A stretch of 32,052 nucleotides of DNA from Octopus bimaculoides. Lineage: Eukaryota. This document shows positions 21,701 through 32,052 of the stretch, one piece after another. The DNA lies in NCBI RefSeq assembly GCF_001194135.2, contig NC_068987.1:4428003-4460054 (forward strand), in the 5' to 3' direction. The position numbers and the translations under genes were made by a program. Position 1 is the first letter of the stretch. Every line of letters begins with the position of its first letter. The notes under the pieces are model-generated. The model saw only the letters and a program-made list of their open reading frames with translations. It was not told the origin of the DNA and did not search any database.

Positions 21701-21924
21701 ACATGCATATATGAATATATACCAACACAATGTCTCTGTAAAAATGTGTTTACACGTATTTGTATGTGTGAGTGTGTGTGTGTGTTTGTAAGTGTCTGTA
21801 TGTTATCGGTGGGTGTATATATCGTTTTTCTAACACTGTAATCTCTGTGGTTGGTATGTGTCTATGAAAGCACAGAAATGTATATGTGTGTATATATTAT
21901 ACATACATTTGATATACAAACAAT

Positions 21925-22275
21925 TTGCACTTCTTTCTCTCTCTCTCCTCATTCCTCCTTTCACCTATTCACTCCTCCCCAGCTCCCCTCTCTCTTCTCT
22001 GGCCTCTCTTTCTCTCTTGCTTTGCCCCCCTCCTATCTTTCTCTTTCTCTCTCTCCCTCCTTCTTCCTCTCCCTCTCTCTCTCTTCCACCTCTCACTCTT
22101 ACTCTCCTTTCCCTTCCACCTCTCACTCTTACTCTCCTTTCCCTCTCTTTTCTCATCTCTCTCTCTCACTCTTTCCCCCTCTTTCTCACCCCTTCCCCCT
22201 TTCTCTCTTTCTCTCTCTCTTTTCCTCCTCTTTCTCTTTCTAGCTTGCTTCCCTTTCATTTCTCTCTCTCCCCTA
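21925..22275. repeat. CT-rich low-complexity tract
   Basis: Visible; source of the Ser/Leu/Pro ORFs. Confidence 0.9.
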
Positions 22276-23876
22276 CTTTTTCTTCACCCCCCCCCAAACA
22301 CTCCAATAGACCCCACCCCACTTTCCAGCTCCCTCCCCAAGGGGTATGGTGATGGGTGGGACCACTTATATGGAATGGAGTGGAGTNNNNNNNNNNNNNN
22401 NNNNNNNNNNNNNNNNNNNNNNNNNNNNNNNNNNNNNNNNNNNNNNNNNNNNNNNNNNNNNNNNNNNNNNNNNNNNNNNNNNNNNNNNNNNNNNNNNNNN
22501 NNNNNNNNNNNNNNNNNNNNNNNNNNNNNNNNNNNNNNNNNNNNNNNNNNNNNNNNNNNNNNNNNNNNNNNNNNNNNNNNNNNNNNNNNNNNNNNNNNNN
22601 NNNNNNNNNNNNNNNNNNNNNNNNNNNNNNNNNNNNNNNNNNNNNNNNNNNNNNNNNNNNNNNNNNNNNNNNNNNNNNNNNNNNNNNNNNNNNNNNNNNN
22701 NNNNNNNNNNNNNNNNNNNNNNNNNNNNNNNNNNNNNNNNNNNNNNNNNNNNNNNNNNNNNNNNNNNNNNNNNNNNNNNNNNNNNNNNNNNNNNNNNNNC
22801 ATCATTAGCACTGGCACCACCACCATCACCAACGTGACCACCACCACCACCACTGACAACATCCTTTCCAGTTTGTAACCCTGGCTGAGATGAAGGTGTT
22901 GCACTTAAGCAGCCTCCAGCTGAACACCAAAACACTGCCACCCCCACCCCACCACCCCTCCACACCCAACCAATAACAACAACAACAGCAACAACCACCC
23001 TACATCTAACCTGACGCTAAACATTTACCATCTTCTTCTTTCTCATTTTCTTCTTTCTCTTCTTCTTCTTTCTCATTTTCTTCTTTCTTGTCTTCTTCTT
23101 TCTCTTCTTCTTCCCCTTCTCCTTCTTTTTACCCTTCTTCTCTCTCGTCTTCTTCCCCTTCTTTTCCCCTTCTTCTCCTCCCTCCTCCACCATAATCCTT
23201 TACCTTCTTCATTGCCTTCTTATATTGGAATTCCTTCTTGTACAACCCCCACCACCACCACCACCACCAACAACAGCAACAACAATAACAACAGGAATGT
23301 CATCCAATACCAGCACCTTACCACCACCATTTTCAGCACCAGCATCATCAACACTATCATCATAATCACCACCACCATCACCACTACTTTTGCACCCACC
23401 TAACCCTTGATCTAAGATGTTACACAAAATCACCCCCCACCCTCTCACTGCCCGCCACTTACTCGGTTGAGGTGGTGGGGATGGGGGGGTTAGTTTTTTT
23501 TTGGGGGGGGGATAAAAGAAGGAAAGGAAGTTGGGAGCAGGGAGAGGGAAAGGGGTTTAGGGCCTTGAAAGTGAATTACACAAGGTAACTTTATCCCTGT
23601 TTTGGGAAAGCAAATGTAAATAAATATACAAATTGCCCCTCGCCTTCCCCTCCCCCCGCCTCGGCTGCTCCCATCTTCTCATCTTTCTCTTCGTCTCTTC
23701 CTCCAGCCTTTCTCTGTCTTTCTCCTCCTCCTCCTCCTTCTCCCTTGGTGCACTCCCTACCATTTCATAACCACCAGCGCCAGACCTGCCGTATCTATAT
23801 CAACACACCATCAGAATCACAACCACCAGTTATACCATCAGCACAACTGCCATGCAACCACAATGAGCTTCTGTAT

Positions 23877-23940
23877 CAGTCATGGCCAAACTGCGGCCCC
23901 GGGCCTCATGGGGCCCATGGCACTTTCTGAATGACCTGCC
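23877..23940 (+). mobile_element. hAT/Charlie-like MITE left terminus
   Basis: cagtcatggccaaactgcggccccgggcctcatggggccc resembles CAGGGGTCGGCAAACT.CGGCCCGCGGGCC termini. No right end was found. Confidence 0.5.
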
Positions 23941-24057
23941 TAACAAAACATTAAACCTTGATTGCTTTTAATTAATGCAGCCGGCCTCATGAGCCATGTC
24001 TCATCCGGCAGCCCACTTCTCAGATGTTGTTTATGTCTGTTCTACATTATCATTAGT

Positions 24058-24430
24058 AGAGGTGCAATGGCCCAGTGGTTAGGGCAGCAGACTCACGGTC
24101 ATAGAATCGCGGTTTCGATTCCCAGACCTGGCTTTGTGAGTGTTTATTGAGCGAAAAAACCTAAAGCTCCATGAGGCTCCAGCAGGGGCTGGTGGCAAAC
24201 CCTGCTGTACTCTTTTACCACACAACTTTCTCTCACTCTTTCTTCCTGTTTCTCTTGCACCTGTATTTCAAAGGGTCAGCCTTGTCACACTCTGTGTCAC
24301 GCTGAATCTCCCCGAGAATTACGTTAACGGTACATGTGTCTATGGAGTACTCAGCCACTTTTACGTTAATTTCACAAGCAGACTGTTCCGTTGATTGGAT
24401 CAACTGGAACCCTCATCGTCATCGTAACCG
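24058..24430 (+). mobile_element. tRNA-derived SINE, a distinct family with a well-preserved head
   Basis: A-box TGGCCCAGTGG (24068-24078) and B-box GGTTTCGATTCC (24111-24122), followed by a non-tRNA body. It could be one of the octopus OK/OR1/OR2 families; I cannot assign which. Confidence 0.75.
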
Positions 24431-24595
24431 ATACATGATCCTTTATCTTGCTAGAAATAGCAGTCAAACTTCCCACACATTACACACACTCCCACCTTTA
24501 TAGGAAAGAATACCCAGGTTAATATAGTCCTGGGTTCTTCAACACTATAGTAAATAACACGGGATGGTCATGGATGGGATTCGTTTGATCACATG
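24427..24595 (+). mobile_element. Interspersed repeat family E
   Basis: Related to the reverse complement of 8910-9075. Confidence 0.6.
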
Positions 24596-24889
24596 GGTTT
24601 ACTTAATCAAGGCTGGCCTGGGGCCATTCAACAACAACACCAACCTCCAATATGGACAATAATCCCACCGTCACCACCACCATCTCCATATCGTCCTACC
24701 TTCCCCTCTCTTCTGTCACCACCACCACCATCAGCATCTTCACACCTTTCCTCCTTGCTCTCCTGCTCTCTACCACCATCACCACCACCACCACCATTTC
24801 TTCCCACCCTTCCTATCCCTCTCTCCTCCCACCGCTACTCTACTTTGGAATCTTATATAAACCATTCAGTGATTGAAAACATTTCAATG

Positions 24890-25175
24890 TTCTTCTTCTT
24901 AGTCTTTGTCTTCTTCTTTCTTCTTTCTTCTTCTTCTTTTTCTCCTTCTTCTTCTTCTTCTTTCTTCTTTCTTCTTCTTCTCCTTCTCCTTCTCCTTCTC
25001 CTTCTTCTCCTTCTCCTTCTTCTTCTTCTTCTTCTTCTTTCTCTTTTTCTTCTTCTTCTGCTTCTCTAAATTCTTCTTCTCCCAATTCTTCTTTCCTTCT
25101 TTTTCTTCTTCTTCTTCTCCTCCTCCTCCTTCTCCTTCTTCTTCTTCTCCTCCTCCTCCTTCTCCTTCTTCTTCT
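24890..25175. repeat. (TTC)n/(TCC)n microsatellite
   Basis: Visible repeat; a similar tract lies at 23030-23190. Confidence 0.95.
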
Positions 25176-27079
25176 AAAACAAACCCAAAATGAAACCCAA
25201 CACAGAATCCAATGTTACCAGGTCATAGGATAAGACTGTGTTTTTGCTTATTATTGACTTTGGGCTAATCTCTCTCCTTTTACTTTCTCTCATAAATCTT
25301 CTTGTCATTGTTGCTGTTCGTTCTTCACTTTCTACTTCTCTCATCTTTCTCTCTTCTCCTCTTTATCCATTCCTCTGGATTCCTTTCTCTTCTTCTTTGC
25401 CTAACATTTTTTCCAGTTCTTTTTTCAAATTTACTTGTTTTTTTTCTTCTTCTTTTATCCTTTATTATTCCTTCTTCAAGTCCCCTTCCTCTTCTGCTTC
25501 ATGTCCTCCTTCTGTTCTGTCTCATGTCCTCTTTATCCTCTTCATGATAATACAGGTATGTTTTAACAAGTCTCAAAAGTCACTGTTTCAATAAGAAAGG
25601 AATATATTTAATACACAATTGTACTCTCAGAGAAAAGGGCAGTGCACACAACCCTTTCATTTTCAAAGCCTTTGAGACATCAGGAACTTTTATCCTCCAA
25701 CCTGAGACCAGATCTTGAATGCTTGCAATAAAATAAACTCAACTAAATGCATTCAAAATCCAAGATGTGGTGATAAACAGATTTGCTTAATCCCTTAATC
25801 TCTTGTGGAGTGGAAGCCATTGATGACTTTCCTTCAATGTTCTCAAAAAGTATTAAATTCCAAGTGTTACAAGCACTACCATATTCGTTCTTAATGTTCC
25901 AGAAGTTTCAAATGCTAATATATTCATCACAGCTGTGTTTTGTCACAAGAGAACAGCTTCTCCTTTATGACGAGTGTCTGTTCATAACACCATTCTATTC
26001 ATTAGCATAAGGGAATCGGGGACAACCTGTGTTCCAGCATTGTTGTGTCTCATCAGCCCAACATACCACCCACCTCTGGACTAACAACTCTAATTGTTAA
26101 ATAAACTGAAATTACTGTTATTTAAATGGCAGGACTGTTTTGATTTGAGTAGACTGACATTTTTCTAAGCAGCTGTTACTTTCATTCACCTCATGCAGTG
26201 ATTCCACGATGGAAAAAAAAGCACAAGTGATTATATAAAACTCTCGCTCCTCATAGGAAGGAAGAGCAGTTTGTTTGGTTTCTAAATAAATTGTTACAGA
26301 AGTTAGTAAACATTGATATTAATATTACTAAGAGATAATCCATTAAATAAATATGTCTCTTTTCTCCTTTCTTTTCTCTCACTTCCATGTTTACTCGCCT
26401 CTCAGTCAGTCAAGCCAATCACCTCCCCACATGCATTTCGTTTTTTCTCTCATTCAACATAGCTTGTTTCCTTCGTCTTTATTCTTCTATCATCTTTTAG
26501 TCAGTCTATCAATTTTTCTAATCTGTTGATGCATATATCAACCTACAAATCTGCACTTAGTTCCATTCATATCTCATTTATCTCTGTATTGATAGCCATA
26601 CACATATATATATATATATGTGTGTAGAGAGAGAGCTAGAGAAAGAGAGAGAGAGAGAGACAGACAGAGAGAGAGAAGATCCATACCTTTATATAATGTT
26701 TATATTTCATATAAATCTGTATACATATCACTCCTATCTGTCCATCTGTATTTATATGTTATCATTTCTCTTAAGTACACATCTATCTGTGAGTACATGT
26801 GTGTGTGTGTGTGCAATCTTACTATCTCACTTATAATTCAAACAAAATAATATATATATATATATTTATATTAGATTTTTATGATCAAATGACTGCTGGG
26901 ACTTTTAAGTAATATGCATAATACGCATGACTAAATTGTCATAAACATTCATGTCTATTGACATAGTGTTTGATTGGTCACCTGCATGTTGAAACAATTG
27001 TAAACCATAGAGTAAATGTAACGCCATAGACTTCAGTCTTCACATGTGTGTGTGAGAGCCTTTATGTCATGTCTCTGTT

Positions 27080-27240
27080 TATCACTCTGACTACATTTGA
27101 CAGCTGGTCTTTATTCGTTTACATTCCTTTAACTTAGCTGTTCACCAAAAGAGACCTTTAGAAAGTACCAGACTTAAAATACAAGTACTTGGAAGTGGGG
27201 ATTGATTATGGGGCAATGACTAAAACAAGTAAAAAATTAG
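27080..27240 (+). mobile_element. SINE module B, diverged
   Basis: tttgacagctgg...taacttagctgttcaccaaaagagacc...gtaccagactt...gactaaaacaagtaaaaaa. Confidence 0.65.
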
Positions 27241-27954
27241 AGAAAGAGTGATTGAATCATACTGCGCAGGTGTCAAAACCATGGTGATTTCTGTAAGGCA
27301 GCTGATAATGGGAATATATGTTGATATGCTTGTTGCTTGTGAATCTTTTATATCTTGTGGTCTTGATTTTCTAAATTGGCCTTCATTCTCAAAGGGTTAA
27401 ACTAGTTAGTTTCTCGGTTTATCATACCATACATTGGAATTGTGTAATTGTTCTTCATTGAGATTCTAATCCTGGCTAGGATAATACAAGGTTTTGCTGC
27501 ATATATTAAAGATGAAATTATAAATCTTGGGCAATATTTATTTTATTGACAATCTCAGATATTAGAACATTTACCATAAACTATTTTGAGAATTCACTTT
27601 GCTCGGTTTTGCTGTGATCACTCAAAAAACTCCAAGGTTATCCCAGAATGCATTGGATGGCATACACCTAGATACCTCTCCCCACCCTCCTCCGCCACTG
27701 CTGTATCTTGGTACAATCAATACTCAGGACAGAAAACACAGAACAATCTGGTTTCAAAATAACACTGTAACAGCCAGTAAAGTGTGTCTGTTGTGTTGGA
27801 CATGGTTGCTAGCGGTCAGCTAATTGACCAGTTATCTATTTCTATGATAAACAAACGTCTACTTGAATTGACTGGGGTTATTCAATAGGAAACAATAACA
27901 AAATAACTATGGTGACAGAGATGAACAAAATAATAATTTTTTTTCCTGGCCATC

Positions 27955-28225
27955 AAGCATGGCTGTATGGTTAAGAAGCTCACTTTTCAACTATGTGATT
28001 TGAGGTTCAGTTCCACTTTAGGGGACCTTGGGAAAGTGTCTTTTACTATAGCTCTGGGCCAACCAATGCCTTGTGATTGGATTTGGTAGGTGGAAACTGT
28101 GTGCAAGCCCATTGTTTTTATGTATCTTTGTTTGTCGCTATCACCCATCACTTGACAGCCAGTGTTGGTTTGTTTATATTCCCATAACTCAACAGTTCAG
28201 CAATAAAGACCAGACTTATAAATAG
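27955..28225 (+). mobile_element. SINE A+B, 3'-truncated
   Basis: A head (ggctgtatggttaagaagc...ggttcagttcc...accttgggaaagtgtctt) runs directly into module B (cacttgacagccagtgttggtttgtttatattcccataact). Confidence 0.8.
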
Positions 28226-28844
28226 GTAGTTGGCTGTTATTGCAAGGAGGTCAAGTAATCATACAATGACTCCCTCATTGCCTCACAGTCACACTTGTTG
28301 AGGGTGGGGGGGTACGTTTTCCATTGTAGCAGGTGAAACTGCAGTGGTTACAACAACGATAGTATTGATGGTAGTGAAAGGGATGCAATCGGCTGTTATT
28401 GCTTTCACATCTATTTCTAGTTGTGATGCAGAAATATGAAACTGATAGTGAAAGTAGAAATGATAGTAGATATAAGAGCTTCTAGTAAACCATTATTCTC
28501 TCAATGACCCTCCCTGACTCATCTGTTTCTGGTTCAATCCCCCCTTTTCTTTCACTGCTGCCTGTTTTCTACACATAAAAATTCTTCCACATTTTTTTTA
28601 ATGTTTTTATTCGGTTTCTTTCAGTTTTTTTTTTTTTTTTTTTAACCTTCCAACATCAAAACACCATCATCCAGCAGGCTTCATTTGTTTTCTTCTTTCA
28701 ATTCCCTTTTTCATACAGATACTTATTTACTATTAATATCTGCAATATATATTTTCCCAAACATTCATTTCATTGCAACAACTTATATATACATATATAT
28801 TTCAACCATTCTTTTTTCTCTCCTTTTTATTATTATTGCTATTA

Positions 28845-28850
28845 CTTTTA

Positions 28851-28888
<38 letters not shown>

Positions 28889-28941
28889 TGTTATTATTAT
28901 TATTATTATTCCTAGTAGTAGTAGTAGTAGTAGTAGTAGTA
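28845..28941. repeat. (ATT)n then (AGT)n microsatellites
   Basis: Visible repeats. Confidence 0.95.
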
Positions 28942-29416
28942 TCTGATATGAAATAACATAGATTTACCAATTATTCTATTGCTTTTTGAGAACAACATTG
29001 AAAATTTCTCTACTTTCTGAAACTACTAACTATAGACTTACCCCACCGACCTTCTAGCCATTCACATATTTCGAGGGAGGGAGGGAGNNNNNNNNNNNNN
29101 NNNNNNNNNNNNNNNNNNNNNNNNNNNNNNNNNNNNNNNNNNNNNNNNNNNNNNNNNNNNNNNNNNNNNNNNNNNNNNNNNNNNNNNNNNNNNNNNNNNN
29201 NNNNNNNNNNNNNNNNNNNNNNNNNNNNNNNNNNNNNNNNNNNNNNNNNNNNNNNNNNNNNNNNNNNNNNNNNNNNNNNNNNNNNNNNNNNNNNNNNNNN
29301 NNNNNNNNNNNNNNNNNNNNNNNNNNNNNNNNNNNNNNNNNNNNNNNNNNNNNNNNNNNNNNNNNNNNNNNNNNNNNNNNNNNNNNNNNNNNNNNNNNNN
29401 NNNNNNNNNNNNNNNN

Positions 29417-29489
29417 TGTGTGTGTGTGTGTGTGTGTGTGCATATTTGCTTATGTGTGAGTCTACATATATGTGTATATACATGCGTGC

Positions 29490-29524
<35 letters not shown>

Positions 29525-29730
29525 TATGTCAATGTGTACGTGTGTCTGTGTATGCCTGTTTGTGTGTGTCTGTCTATATATATATATATATATATATATT
29601 GTGCCTCTGTGTGTGTGTGCATGTGTGTGTGCCAATATATAAGCGTGAGTGTGCATATGCCTCTGTGTGTGTCTGCTTACATGTGTGTTTCTCATGTGAA
29701 TCCATGTGCTTGTACAACATGTGTATGTGA
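29417..29730. repeat. Compound (TG)n/(TA)n low-complexity tract
   Basis: Visible repeat. Confidence 0.9.
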
Positions 29731-29908
29731 ATGAGCATGGGAATGTATGTTTCTAAGCCTGAGTGCATTTCTGGGTGGTGCATGTGGTTTATTTTCTACA
29801 TGTTCAGAGACATATGTAAACACAATAACAGATGAATAAGTATATTCATCTGTTATATATTTATTACATAATAAATATATAATATTATGATAATAATAAT
29901 AATATATA

Positions 29909-30286
29909 TTCTTTTACTTGTTTCAGTCATTTGACTGCGGCCATGCTGGAGCACTGCCTTTTAGTCGAACAAATTGACCCCTGGACTAATTCTTTGTAAG
30001 CCTAGTGCTTATTCTATCGGTCTCTTTTGCCGAACTGCTAAGTTACAGGGACGTAAACACACCAACATCGGTTGTCAAGCAATGGTGGTGGTGGGGGGAC
30101 AAACACACACACACATATATATATGACGGGCTTCTTTCAGTTTCCATCTACCAAATCTGCTCTCACAGCTTTGGTCAGCCCGAGGTTATAGTAGAAGACA
30201 CTTGCCAAGGTGCCATGCAGTGGAACTGAACCCAGAACTATGTGGTTGGTAAGGAAGCTATTTATCACACAGCCAGTCATGTGCCT
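29909..30286 (-). mobile_element. Full-length bipartite SINE: A module, internal (TA)/(TG) microsatellite, B module
   Basis: A continuous minus-strand element from the A-box-like tggctgtg through gaagcccgtc-atatatatatgtgtgtgtgtgt-ttgtcccc to actgaaacaagtaaaagaa. Confidence 0.9.
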
Positions 30287-30287
30287 A

Positions 30288-30340
<53 letters not shown>

Positions 30341-30384
30341 GATTATAGATAGGGTATATGCAATATTTACCCATGTATTTTTTA

Positions 30385-30473
30385 ACAATGGTTCTTGAGA
30401 TATCTTGCCCATGGACAAACAAACAAAAACAACTGAAAACAATACCTCTGCTTTCGCTAAGACACAGGTAATA
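30385..30473 (-). mobile_element. Helentron/DINE-1-like non-autonomous terminus
   Basis: Minus strand attacctgtgtcttagcgaaagcagaggtatt forms a subterminal inverted repeat, followed by (GTTT)n and caagatatctcaagaacc. Confidence 0.45.
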
Positions 30474-30479
30474 ATTATT

Positions 30480-30694
30480 CCTTCTCTAGGCACAAGGACT
30501 TGAAAATTTGGGGGGAGGGGGGTTCTAGTTGATTATATTGACCCCAGAGCATAACTTGTACTTATTTCATTGACCCCAAAAGAATGAAACACAAAGTTGA
30601 TCATGGTGGAATCTGAACTCAGAACGTAGCAGCAGACGAAATACTGCTAAGCATTTCACCCCACATGCTAACGATTCTGCCAGGTCAGAGCCTT
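30480..30694 (-). mobile_element. SINE family C variant
   Basis: ctaggcacaagg...gattatattgaccccag...gaatctgaactcagaacgtagcagcagacgaaatactgctaagcattt...ctgccag. Confidence 0.85.
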
Positions 30695-31439
30695 AATAAT
30701 AATAGTAATAATAATTATAATAATAATAATAGCAGGTCATTATTTGTTTTTAACTGTTTGAGTGAGAGGTCACAACTGGTGTCTGTATGCATTGAGGTTA
30801 GTTCTATTATTTGAAATAAGGATATTGTTTGTGTGTTTGTTGTGTGTGTGATTGGAATGTTTAGATAAACATGCATGTGAGTGTGTATGTAAGAATGTAG
30901 GTGTGTGTGTGTGTGTAAATAACTAACAACATTGCCAGATTAGAAAATACTTAAATAGTTTTATATATTGGCAAGGTCCATTTTTATTACATCTGGCAGC
31001 AGCAGATCATCTATAGTTGCTATTATTGTTGAGCTCCAGGTCAGCCCCCGACCGAGCAGACCTATGATCAATTTGCATCTTTGACCGACCTTCCTTTTAA
31101 GAATATCTAACACTTTCTTATCCGATAGGTTCATACCAATAAAGGAAGGTGGTGGTGGTAGTGGTGGTGGTGGTGGTGGTGGCATTGTAATAGTTTTTTG
31201 TTGTATTTTTGGCAGCTGTTGCTATTGTTGTTCTTGGAATAAAAAATGGAATCGGATATTTTGGAAAGAAATGCCTGGGGTTACTGAAACAATTTCTGAA
31301 TGTCTTTACTGAATGGAAATTAAGTCTCAGAAGCCTGGTGGTTCACTGCATCAGCAAAAATGATTATCTATGAGTGTGAAAAGGGGGGTTGGGAAACCCC
31401 ACACTGATATATAATACCATTGCATATTATGGCTTAAAC

Positions 31440-31500
31440 CTGTGGCTTTTCAACCATGGTCCTTATGACCCTTAGGGGTCCTTACAAGATTTTGCTGTTA
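31440..31500 (+). mobile_element. hAT-like MITE terminus (family J)
   Basis: ctgtggcttttcaaccatggtccttatgacccttaggggtcc matches 13333. Confidence 0.55.
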
Positions 31501-31509
31501 TATATATGT

Positions 31510-32005
31510 GAGATAGTGGGGGCATTCACACCACTACAGCATGTTGCTGCATTCACCATTTGTTGTCAGTATATTCCTGAGTCGTCCCTGGTGATCCATT
31601 GAGCAGAGTCCAAGTCAGTCTCCATCTCTGCAAGATACCTCTTCATCTGCCGCATGTGTGGCATGTGCGTTTGTGTGTGTGTGTGTGTGTGTGTGCGAGA
31701 GAGAGAGACAGGTCCTCATTGAAGAGAACTCAATAAGCAGGATCTGGCTCAGAAAATCAAGCAACATGGCCAAATAGTCTGAACTGCTTCTCCCACATTG
31801 TACGAATAACAGGATGCATTCCAGAGTCTTTGGTTGGATACAAAATCCAACCAATGGCAATCCATAATCTTGCAAAAGTATCCTGGTTCAAAAAGAGATC
31901 AGGGGACTCCTAAGGACCCTGGACAATGTCCAAACCTCACAACTATTGAGCAGGACAGAGAGGACCAGAGACCTTAAAGACTTGAACCTTTGTCCTCCTG
32001 GTCAG

Positions 32006-32008
<3 letters not shown>
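31510..32008 (-). mobile_element. RTE-clade LINE relic, 3' end, decayed and interrupted by a microsatellite
   Basis: YLTRRTKVQVFK / LVLSVLLNSCEVWTL...KIMDCHWLDFVSNQRL / KQFRLFGHVA*FSEPDPAY*VL / MRQMKRYLAEM...VNAATCCSG. These match the RTE motifs T-K-x-x-V-F-K-x-L-V-L-x-V-L-L-Y-G-C-E-x-W-T-L and R-L-F-G-H-V. Confidence 0.9.

Positions 32009-32052
<44 letters not shown>
32009..32052. repeat. (CA)n microsatellite
   Basis: Pure run to the end of the window. Confidence 0.95.

Noticed and set aside
24058-24128. Possible tRNA gene
   Set aside because: The acceptor and anticodon stems do not pair well, there is no oligo-T terminator, and it continues into a SINE body.
30961-31185. 74-aa minus-strand ORF starting with poly-Pro
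   Set aside because: A chimera of a GGT repeat and an interspersed-repeat fragment near 31045-31070.
31216-31373. Strong acceptor followed by 52 open codons (AVAIVVLGIKNGIGYFGKKC...)
   Set aside because: No recognised homology; the acceptor may simply reflect a T-rich repeat flank.
1-32052. CRISPR arrays, rRNA, or prokaryotic/viral genes
   Set aside because: No regularly spaced repeat-spacer array (the MITE-spacer-MITE has 230-bp units with TIRs), no rRNA motifs, and no long ORFs.

Overview
AT-rich eukaryotic genomic DNA from a draft scaffold with nine N-gaps (about 1.8 kb in total). The interspersed repeat families point to an octopus or other coleoid cephalopod; this is an inference from sequence recall, not a database result. 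I could not identify any intact host protein-coding gene. The ORF track is almost entirely microsatellite read-through, N-runs and repeat fragments. The window is a mosaic of several tRNA-headed SINE families (labelled A to H here, my own labels), two RTE-clade LINE 3' relics, one R4/Dong-like RLE LINE relic, an internally deleted maT-like Tc1/mariner with both TIRs, TTAA-flanked piggyBac-type MITEs, hAT-like and Helentron-like termini, and many simple repeats. The main structures not explained by standard annotation are: (1) a MITE-23 bp spacer-MITE composite present at two loci in inverted orientation with the same spacer; (2) a single-copy 168-nt hairpin; (3) a roughly 335-bp spacerless AT-rich palindrome. 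Weaker signals include a candidate 18-nt microexon and a possible decayed GPCR fragment.
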